Source: Bigelowiella natans CCMP2755 (Eukaryota; Protista; Cercozoa). Taken from it: 64,000 nt of DNA. Below the pieces are notes generated by a model, which searched no databases, was not told where the DNA came from, and was given only the letters and a program-made list of their open reading frames with translations. The stretch spans positions 1 through 64,000 of the forward strand of contig ADNK01000698.1 of the NCBI GenBank assembly GCA_000320545.1. The letters are read 5' to 3'. The first letter of the stretch is position 1. Every line of letters begins with the position of its first letter. Shown here one piece after another: positions 10,871 through 22,394 of the stretch. The position numbers and the translations under genes were made by a program.

Positions 10871-12480
10871 AATTGATTGCTGTGTTGGGGCGTGGAAAGG
10901 ATTGAAAATAAAAGCGGACCTGTTTGTGCATTGATGGTGATGTGGAATGAACGCGTCTTCGTTTGTTTGTGCTAGCGTTTGTTTCTGCCTCAATCGATGT
11001 GTGCACGTGTGTGACGTTCACGCAAAAAGTGCGCACGCGCACTGAACCGAGTGCGCTTCTTGCCAACAATGCTGGAAAGGGCGGAGAGCACTTCTAGACT
11101 TGTGCATTTACTGTTGCAATCTTTTGTCAAATCGATGGCACCTGCTAGCCTGCTAGCCTGGTTCAGTGACGTCTGCACAGTTGTGTGAGACACGATGGAA
11201 AAAGGTGAGCGGGGAGGACAGGGAAGTTGTTGGAACAAAATCGTGCGATCAGAGACGGTGGCAACGCAAGTCTGGCTAGCTGGGTGCCTGGAGAACGGCG
11301 CAGCTGGCTGCTGGCCAGTTGTCAACACCCGAATTGTCCAGTGCTAGAGTGGTGTCGGACGTGCCAGGAGAACGGACGTGTGACAGCTTGCCAGCTCACC
11401 TCGTGATGAAACTCTCGTCTGGGTGGCTGGTCATCCACCTGGCAATGTGATGACGCAAGCTGCCAGACTGGAAAGTTCGTGTTTTCGTTGTGCGTCATGC
11501 GGCCAGGTTCAGCAGCTCCAGAGCTAGCTAGCTAGCTAGCTGGCAATTTGGCTAGCTGGGTGGCCAGCGCCAGTTGGACGCAACAGTTCAGACAATGCGT
11601 GTCGTTTCTCTGATGCGCACGCCAGCGTGGTGGCACGGTGCAATGGAACCATTCTGCATTGTTGGTTTCGTCTCTGGATCCATCCACGATGACTGTTGTT
11701 GCGCCTGGAACAAGCTGGCAAGCTAGCAAGCTAGCAAGGTCCAGCAGGTCTGGCTACCTGACCAGCTGGAGGTGCGCTGACAACGCGACCAGAACGCTGC
11801 AACGCTGGAACGCAGCCAGCTGACGCGTGCTGGTCTGGTCAATTGCCAGCTGGCCAGCCTAGCAGCCTCCACAACAAGACAAGTCTGCAACTCTGGAACT
11901 GCGCAAACTAGCAAACCAGACGAAGGACGGCTGCGCGCAACGTGATTCCTAGCTAGCTAGCTCCAGCTGGCTGAGCTGGTGGCTGCCAGAGCTAGCTAGC
12001 CAGCTAGGCACACACAAACATTGCTAGATTGGCACGTCTGTGGCTCTGTGGCTGCATCTGCACCATTCTTAGCATTTCTGCATGCCAGCACATTTGTTCG
12101 TCCAGTCCGCTAGTCCGTGAAGGCAGGTCATCATGCTGAACACACATGCCAGCATGCAACAACACTGATGTCTTCAGTTGTGCAAAGGAAATGTTCCGAC
12201 ATTTGCTCATCAACACAAAACGTGTCGTGCATTCACAAAATCGTTGATTGTCATTCTTCCTCCTCATCACTGCTGCTGCTGCCGTCATCGTTGCTTTTGT
12301 TCTTTGAATCATCCTTGAGATGCATTGTTTCATGCAATGGAATGATTCTCCAGAGCTTCGAGTCGCCTTCAAGAAGCACCTAATGTCAAGCATGTCGATC
12401 ATGCTTAGTGATCGCGCGAGGCAATCATTTGAACTGCAATGAAATGCAAAAGCAGAACAGAGAGCATTGTGTGTTGGGGA
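10871..12480. other. TpA-depleted, CTAG-rich tract at convergent junction 1 (CCCH gene / IP3R)
   Basis: Hand count over 10921-12480 (1560 nt): 28 TpA, 23 of them in CTAG. (GCTA)n runs and many CTGG/CCAG are present. Confidence 0.9.
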
Positions 12481-15400
12481 AAACTGAAGTCGAAACTAAT
12501 TCCTTTCAGTGTTCTAACTCCTATTGAAGAAGCGACAGTGCTACCTTTGCGACGAAAAGTTCGACATTGCTAAGAGTCTCTGGCGAGTAATTGGCTTTGG
12601 CCAAGATGTGGTACTTGAGGTACACGTACGCCCAGATGCTGTGCTCTACGGTGATGTGGTGGATGAAGCCTTTGTGGTTACGGGACTGATCGAAAGCGTG
12701 ATGCCCCTTGCGGCAGATGACACACTTTGTTGTTACTTCCTCAAGCACCTGAGATTAGCCAAAAACCGTTTTTTAAAAAACAATGTAGTGGTGGAAGCTG
12801 CATAGTAACTCAGTTTCAACAGCAGCTACATGCGTGCACGTGAAAATGATACGCCCTTTTGAGTTTGGTTGGGTGTAAAATCAAATACCCCACCAAGATG
12901 GTGGGGGAAAAATAATGAAACATCTCCAACTACAGATGTTACGTCAACCCGAAGAGAAAATACCTGATCTCTCGTTTCGCGCATCTCCGCGAATGTATCG
13001 ATTATGATACCGGTGATAATAGACACCAAGATGGTGTTGATGGTAAGGAAGTAAATGAGATTGAACAACGGCGTGATGACGGGCACAGGGTCTCGAGTGA
13101 AGACAGGGGTGTTCCGGAAGCCAAGATCCACAGCTCTCTGAACGCATCCCCACAACGTGTCGCACATGAAGACAAGATCATCGTCGACATTGTATACGAT
13201 CTGGTCGCTGTTGATGAAAAGCAAGAGGCCACAATCAGGTGCCGAGGAGGATGCGAATGCTGAAAAACTAAAAAACGATTCCCTGACCTGAAAAACACGA
13301 AGATGATGACAGCGAAGCCATAGACAAAGATGAGACCCATGAACACTGTCGCTAACAGCCTCAGATAGTGTCGATTCGTGACGAGCAAGATGTCCTTCAG
13401 GTGCGAGGAATAGGTGATGATATCAACGAGGTGAAAGGCATTCCACATGGGCGTGTGTACAGCAGCAAGAATCGCAAAGATTCCGTAGACGACGTAATAT
13501 TTTATCATAGAGAGCCCCAGGGCGCGACGTGTAAGCGTGGTATAACGCCTGAGCTTTTGCACGAAGCTCTCATTATTCTGCCGCAGCCGCATCTTGTCAA
13601 GTGCAAAACCTGTGTGATGAAACCCATGATCGTCATCATCACCGACCTCATCATTTTATCATTTACCAACGGGAATTGCAGTAGCCTTTCCGTTGCCGAC
13701 ATTCGTTGTCGGAGGCTCCTCGTAATAGTTCGCAAGGCCATTCGAGAGACCCCAAGACACCACCTGGAACACCACCGATGTTGAACATTTTCATGCCACA
13801 CGGACGAAAGCGAGCGCATCCATGACAGCGTGAAGGAAGGAATGAGAAGACATCAACGGCTATGATGGTGACTACCATGAGCGTAGCAAATCCAAGATGA
13901 AAGAACGAGAGAAGACGAAAGACTAAGGAGTACGGATAGCAGCCTTTCTTCTCCTCATCGGAGCCTATCAGCTGAATGCCGTCGAAACCCAGCCGACAGG
14001 TTGCCGTGCCTGTACAACAAACAGTATCACAAATAGGGGGGGAGGTGGGAGAGTGAGTAGGGAGTAGAAAATCTTTTTAGATTTAGCTACTTTCTAACAA
14101 CAGGCGGCTCAGTGCTGCACCCCCTCTTTCCTTTGTAACGAAGTTCGCAAGATAACACATCAAACACAACCGACCGAGGATGCGGAACTCGAAGAATTCG
14201 TCTTGGACGGTATCTGTTGTCCCCCAGCTTATCAGCAGCCCATTGATGATAAGCACCACGCAATACGTGATGATCCATAACTCGTCAAAGTGACCTCGGA
14301 GAAAATGAGTCATTTGAACCACCTGCACAAACAACAGCACCAAGAAGTTAGCAAAGGTCTATGTTTTTATCAAGATGAGTTTCATCTGATCTCTTACCAT
14401 ATTACAGGTGCAGAATAACACTTGCTCTCAACTCTGCCCTCTCCCCTTCCCTCTCCCATTTCATGACATCAAGTGCTTGTAGCAACTTACGTTCTTCTCG
14501 TGCTCCTCGAAACCAAAATTTCGAAGAAAGTTTGGCATCCGCACGTTGTGAAACTCGGAAATTTTCCACAATTGCGCCGATTTTTGCATGAGGTCGATGA
14601 TGCGTTTGTCGTGGCGCTTCTCTCCGATTCTGACGCAGGAATCGCGGATCTGGCGTTTCATTTCGACGGCACTACCAGTCTCACCCAACGTAAAGAACCA
14701 AGGCTTTAAGAAGAAAACACGCTCGTTGCGCTCATGATGCCCGTTGTTGAGTTTCACCTCGCATTGCATTAGCATTTGTTCGAGATAATACCTTGAAAAT
14801 AAAAAAAGAGGGAAGGGGAGAGATTGCGGAGACTCATTAATATCGACGAGACCAGAACAATGTCGATGACTACCTAAAAAAATGATGTAAGGCACATGGT
14901 GTAGATCGACAACACCCACGCAAAACACAGCATCTTCCTAACCATCCACACTCCCGACGGGAGAAACGACAAAATAAAGGAGGAGGAGGAGGAGGAGGGG
15001 GAAGAGGAGGAAAAACTCGAAAACCGAACATATATCTGCCAATATGCGCTCATCGCTTCACTCACTGCGGCTCGATCTTCGGGTTATACTTCCATTCCGA
15101 GACTTTCTGCTTCCAACGGGACAGGTAGGTCGACACGTTCTTCACCTTCGACTTGTCTGAGGCCTCCACCACCGTGGTCAGGTAGGCGAAGTGCTCGAGG
15201 ATGAGATCTAGGTGCTTCGATTGCGTGAGCGACTTGATATCCGCACTGTCTTTCTCCAACAGCGCTTGCTTTTGGCACTCACTGTGGAAGGAGAGGAGAT
15301 TGTAAACCGTGCGAATGGGCGTGAGGCGACTCCCTGGCCGAGATCTTGCAGCGGCCTCTCGCTGCGCGGAGATGCTGTCTTTGTTCAACAGTGATGCTTG

Positions 15401-16781
15401 GAACGCAATCGTTTTCGCGTTTTGGCCGTCTATAACAGATCGCAGCAGACGCATGATATGGAGCTCGAGGTCATGCAGCTGATATCTCAACTCTTCTTTC
15501 TCCTTTCTTTTCATCTCCAAGAGTTTCTTCTTTTTCTTCTGCCTTCGCCTATTATCGGCTCGGCTTGGCGCGCGTGTTCGACGCGGCGTGTTTGACGTTC
15601 CCATCCTACCGGGAGGGGTAGATCCATCGCGTCCTCCTCTATATCCCCCGCCATACCCATTATGTGGCGAGCTTTTCATCTCGTACATTTCGATTCCTTT
15701 GCGAGTGGGCGTCTGGGGTGTCATCGTCGGCTTTGAGACTTCAAGTCTAAGGTCTTTACTGTACATATCGTCCTTAGCAGTCACCGCTGGTGTGGCACCC
15801 ACAGCTGTGCTCACTATCTCAAAATCGGCGGTGCCAGTTGTGGGGGCGGTCTCAATCGTCGCATCGCTTCTTGGAGGATACCTTTGTATTTGTTAATGCT
15901 CTCATGAAGGCAGTGATATGCGTTGAATGTCGAAGAATGTGTGATATGTCATTTGATTCGTGTTTGTTTGCATGTGCATGTGCAGGTATTCACACGTGCC
16001 TGCAAAAAATCACGCTAGCGTGCCTACATGTGCACAGCAGATGGATTTGTACCGACACTATCGAATGCAAAAATGTAGTCCAGGAAGACCATCCCACATA
16101 GCCCGCCCCCCCGCCCACATGATATAAACTTTTTCAACAACAATTCAAGTATGCACGCTGCTTTACTTATTTTTCAGCATATTCCCGTCGTCCTCCATGC
16201 CTTCATCGTCGTCGTCATCGCCATCGTCGTTGTCACTGTTGTCTTTCGCACTACACTTGTGGCAGTGATCCCCATCTCCCGTCTTCATCTTCTTCTTCAT
16301 GGAAGTTTCAGGGAAACCAATCTTCAAGTACTTCATCAGACACATCCTCAGCATCTCATAGCAAGCGTCAAGAAGGTGCGGCTGAGTGCCAATTAAGTTT
16401 TGATTCGAAGTGTTTGGCCCGTAGCAGACTTCACTGAGAACCTTTTGATGTGTTGCATGTGTTGCATGATCCAAACAATTCATACACGTGCACGTGTACA
16501 CATTGCATTCCCCAAGCACCCCTTACCCCCCTCCTCTTTTACAAAAAATGGAAGGAGCGCATCAGCAGTAAATTTATAATCACGTCTGTCTGCGACGGGC
16601 TTTGGATTGAAATAAATGAACATATTTTCCTCCGGTGAAACAATGCTGTGACCCACCCTAAGAGCGTTCCGCATGAGCTGGAGCGATGTTGATTGGAGTG
16701 TTGCAGTGGTCTCTGAGTTGATTACTGTGTCAACAAGCTCTCCGTGTGTCACGGCAATAAACCAGGTGACCTAAATATATG

Positions 16782-16816
<35 letters not shown>

Positions 16817-16921
16817 AATAGAATTTAATATCATCAACACTTGTCCGCGCTACTCGTGCTTTCATGATTAGGAGAACAAATGGTACTGTAGGTATTATAA
16901 GCCTCCTCCTATTTACTACTA

Positions 16922-16964
<43 letters not shown>

Positions 16965-18631
16965 TACCTCAGACACCAAGTTGTGGTCTCGGTCGCCTTC
17001 CTGATCGCGGAGATAGTCAGCTGCATCGCCGCCATTCCCTCCCATACAGAGCCTGTACATAAATCCTAGAGCAAGTTCTAGCATATGCACCTCGTCGGGG
17101 TCGTGCTAATGAATGGACGAATGAGGAGAAGGGGGGTGGGAAGAGGATCATGTGACGTTTAGCCCATTTTGCTTTGGTTTACATCATTTCCGCAATCTTT
17201 ATCATCAGTTTTCTTCATCATCATCTGTGTCGATTCGATGGATTTACTTTCTAACGTCCCCTCCTCGCACGTAGTGTGACACATCTACTTACCTGAAGAT
17301 TCATGGTTGTGCTTTGATCTTTGTGCACGCGAATATTTCTCGAGAAATCCTGAAGGATGTCTTTTAGCACAGCAAGAACGCGATGGTCTTCATCGCTCTG
17401 CATAAGGCTCAGAAATTCCATTTGAATCAATGCATCGCCCGTGTTTAGCAGACAATTAGCCATGCGTAGGCCTAGCGATGTCATCGTCCCTAGTTATAGT
17501 AGTGAGCCAAAATTTTAGTTTAGGTTGCAGCATCATGCAGAGCGCCGTGAGGTCACATTCATTGCCATCATCATGATTCTCGATGGTATTACCACATTAT
17601 TTCAGTGGTTATCATCATCATCATCATCATCATCATCACCCTTCCTAGTCTTCCTCCCATGAAGATCGAAGGAATCCATTATCATGGTCAGAGACAGCTT
17701 CGCAAACTTAAACTCCGTGGCCATTAGCGTCATCATCACCACGTTGTGGGTATCTGCAATCGGCGATCTGTGCTTGCTGAAGACCTGTTTTTGATAAGCG
17801 AGTACCATGATTTGAGGCTGCTACATGTGTGTGAAACTTCCTAATCGAAGGAAGGGAAATACACATTATGGATACCTTCGATAAAGGCCGTGAGCGATTG
17901 TGTCGCATGAATCTAAGAAAGAATAACGTCAATATTATCGCCTTAAGAGTATGAATTTTGGAGAGCGATAACTTTCAATACTTACAACCACAAACGCGCG
18001 CAACCACGCACACACAGGCGCGCGCGCGCGCACGCCACGCCTGCACCCACACAACGATACAAAGGCACAAGCCACTTAGCTAACAACTCAACTGCTCAAG
18101 CATTCTAATGATCGCCTGGTAAAGAATGAGCGAGACCCCCTCCCTCTGCGTCTTGATGAGGGAGTATATGCTATCGAACATAATCGTCATCTCATAGTAG
18201 TCATCGTCTTCACGTTGCTGCTGCTGCTGATGTGTCATCAATTTTCCCCCATGTCGCATCATCGCTAACGCTAGAGAGCTGGACGTGACTCTCGGCATAC
18301 GGTTCGCGTCTTCATCGAGTTTGATCGCTGTTGCACTCGCCCTCCCAGCAATTGGTGACATGACTACGAAGGAATGGGAGGGGGAGGAGGTTTTGACTAT
18401 TAACGGTTCTAAAAGGGAATCTGCAATTCTTTATATGCCAAATGGCTGTTTAATGCATCCTCCTCCCTCAAAAACATCCTAGAAAAAAAGCCCCGAGAGA
18501 TATACAATAATTCTAATTTGGGTAATGATCAAACCTGAGCTAGTCTGAAGGGCAAAGCTCGGGGCGTGTAGGCCATTGTCAACGGCATTGTTATTATTGA
18601 ATGCCTACAAGGTGAGTTGACAGAGATAGAG

Positions 18632-18676
<45 letters not shown>

Positions 18677-19268
18677 TGAGTAGGATAATGGAGAATAGGT
18701 TTGAATGAACTAAATGTTTTTCAAACCTCAAATCCAAAACACACCATGCGAAGCATACTAACAACTCGACTCATGTCTTAGGGGCTTATGAGTGTTATGT
18801 TTTTCTATATTGAGTGCTATTTCGTGCTCACTACGCTTCTTGTTATAAAAAAGCCTACCTCCTGTATTCGGATTTGCTGTTCGATGAAGCATCTGTTATG
18901 AAGCGAAGAAACAACATGGCGCTGTGTTTCCTCAACACTCTTTTCAATCAGGCAAAGCAGCGGTCGTATGTGCGACAAATGGCACTTATTGCAGTACAGC
19001 TTTCCTTTTACCTACCAAAAACAAAACACAATTTCAGCAAATTGCAAAGATATACAATAATAACTACAACTTCCAATTAAAGAGATAAAGACCACATGGC
19101 ACCCACCTCAACAAGCCTGCCTTTGCAGTACCCCTTTGCTTTATCTCCCCCCTTTTTATGCAATGGAGGTCGTGCGGATGTGACTTTTTGTTCACGGGAT
19201 ACTAGCTCTCCGTTGCGAATCGTCTGAGACCTTTGGGCTCGTGGCTGCAAGTAGGACGTGAATAAGCA

Positions 19269-19357
<89 letters not shown>

Positions 19358-20448
19358 TTCATCTTTCAAGTAGCAAATTACATCATCATGCTTGAGGAGG
19401 TACTTTTTAATACTCTTGAAGTACATATCGTCGTATGGATATAATCAGCCATTCGACGTGTCCACGTATTCATTATTGAGAATCTAATCTAAATCGCCTC
19501 ACCCTCCCAGCAATAGTGACTGACTGCTCCGAGATAGAATTACCATCCGTAAGCAGTTGGTAGTTCTATTGAGAGGGGGGAAGGAGGGGGGAGAGCGAGG
19601 TTAGCATAAGTAGTGACGACAGAAACAATTCTTTCAAAGGAGTGTTCGCACACAAACACGACCATACAAACAAATCACAAACGTATGCAACATATATATG
19701 AAACACAATTAGTTTGAGATTCGTCCATTCATAAGCAAAACGACTTTGCAGTCGAGTAAATCATAAGCATCGACCTCATTTTGCCCGATCAACTCCTTAT
19801 ATCTTCCCCCTCCACCTGCCCCTGCGACCATCGCGCTTCTATTGTTGTTCCTCCCACGCAAGCAGCAGCTACAGTTAGCTTTGGTTACAATCGTCCAAAT
19901 AACTTTGATGACCACGTAAAAGGGTCCCCATATGAGCGTCGTCAGCCCGACGAATAGAATACATCCGAGTTCCCAGGGGAAGAGAAGCGAGTTTAGCACC
20001 CTAACGTGATCATGGCGATGATGGTGGTGTTGGTGACGATTATGAGGATGATGAAGATATGATGTTTGTATGCTGGTGGTTTGCATTTAAAAAAGCAAGA
20101 CTTGTCGAAAAGGCAAGGAAATCTTCGAAGTTATTTTGGAACGGTGACCAAATTCAATATATCTTCCTCGCGTCGTCAGATACTTTGAATCAAGTCTCAT
20201 TCCTCATAAAATGGGGACAATCAATAAGTACCATCCGCGGCCTTCCTCTCCGATCCAATAGCCGCCGATGAATCTTGCGCCCCGTTTCACGCCGATGAAA
20301 AAGCAGCCGCAAATTACCAGCGCAAGAAGGCCAAGAAAGAAGAACAGCGAGATAATAATCAACGTCATCGTTGCGATTATCGCCTTATTCGTAGCAAAAC
20401 ATGACGATTCAGAGGAGAAAACATCATTTGCAGAAAAACCCGAGTTGC

Positions 20449-20481
<33 letters not shown>

Positions 20482-21239
20482 TACACACAAACACACACAC
20501 AGGAGCAGCAGCGTTGCTCGGAAGTGTTGCAGACAAATTGATAGTTATCATACCTTAAATACTGCGCCAAAAAATCCCAAGATTCGCCACTCACTCTCAC
20601 GCTCAAAGAGGTGTTGCGTAGTCTTCTGCTTATTCATCTGGCTTAGTTGCTGAGACTTCGATTGACAAGTCTTGCCCTTCCGCCCGGTACCCCCTTTTCT
20701 AGCCGTATTCATGTCTTTCCGTGGCTTCTCGGTGTTGCAACAGCAGCTGCACATACGCCTCCACCAAGGCATGGAGGACGACTCTTTTCAGTAGCATATT
20801 AGTTTGGCAGAGTAAATGCCAAAGGTGGAATCAGGAGAATACGATATGTAGATCATGGAACGATGTGACAATGTGTCTAACTACAAAGATCATTTAGATG
20901 TCCTCATATATGCGTAATCATCTCTAGCATCATCACCTTGTGGTGCTTTATCATCACCCTTCATCTCCATTGTCCCAGAGCCAGGCCATGCAATGTGACT
21001 GAGAATATCTTGCACGCTTCCCAAGATGTCCTCGGGAGGATATCTTTGCTGCTGGTTTGCCGCAGTCAACTGATCGGTCCCTGGAGCAATAAAAGGAATA
21101 GAGGAAGTAGAGAAAGGGGGGAGGAGCGAGACATCGATGAAAACAAGAGATGATTATAAACGTATCAGGAAAATCAAAGTTGCATCGAGTCTATTCCCTG
21201 CTCGTGCTTCATCATATACGGTCACATTCGAAGTTGCTG

Positions 21240-21278
<39 letters not shown>

Positions 21279-22356
21279 AAGGCAGGCTACTCGCCCCCAA
21301 CTCAACAGCATAGGCATTCCATCCATTCCTTCGCTGCAAACACCTTCTGCCTGCTCGACCACTCTTTTCAGATCGCTGTGGAGATCTTCCGCTATCTTCA
21401 AAATCCCCTGCTTCTGCACATTGGCTTCGAAATCACTCACGCACGTAAGGGCAGCGGCAAGGCTTTGACTCGGCGCGTCGGTGGCAACACCGTCGTTTCC
21501 ACGGACGTTTCCAACTCCTCGTCCAGCATGATTACTCCTAGTGCTCACGCCCGCATTAACTATTTCGTTGCGTTTGATGCGTTTGTTCTTCTCAACCCTT
21601 CTTCTGTGGAGAATTCTCCTCTTCTCTTCTTTCTTTAAGAGCTTAGAAATCTTGCTCTTCGTCCGCTGCGAGACGCTTTTCTGCGAGGTGTTGAAGAACA
21701 TGTCTTCGAGAAGCCGGAGGAGCCCTTTCTTCACCCAAATCACGAGACGCTTTGTGTCTTTATACTCTTGATGACTGTGTAGATGTTTAAGTCGATGCTC
21801 ATCCGCGCCTTTGCCCTCCATCTCCTCTGCCTTACCGCCACTGCTAACACGATTGTAAGGGTAGGTGGGGAGACGCGATGAGTTGAGAACAGCTAGAATT
21901 CTCTCCGCAGAAAATCTTTTCTGAGCTTTCATCTCCGCCCGTGGGTATTTACCTTGGTGAAAAATGGTCAGTCATATTTAAAATGGAAAATGTATAAGAT
22001 GCGGAAGTGAGTGCAAATATTATTAGTATTATTGCATGCAGCCAAGCAAGATTAAGGAGTAGCACAAGGAGTCGGTCGATAATTAAGTGGTCTGTTAGTA
22101 CGAGGGACTATGTGTACGCAACAATAACAACAACAACAACACACCCTCCCCAGTAACGGCGAGAAGCTTTAGAAACTGGAAGGCCTCGGTGTTGAACGCT
22201 CGCTGTTTTCGGGACAAATTGAAGACTACTGGCTTCTCAGTATAAAAACCGTATTCGCCAACAAGTGAAAGATTCTCGATCATATGTTGGCTGACATCTG
22301 CAAATCCCACCTTCCGTTTCCAAATCAGATACGACCGAATCGCCCCTAGTGTGACC

Positions 22357-22394
<38 letters not shown>

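Noticed and set aside
10871-12250. Short ORFs and a possible transposon in the GCTAGC-rich spacer
   Set aside because: No recognisable transposase/RT motifs, terminal repeats or target duplications. The ORFs follow from loss of TAA stops.
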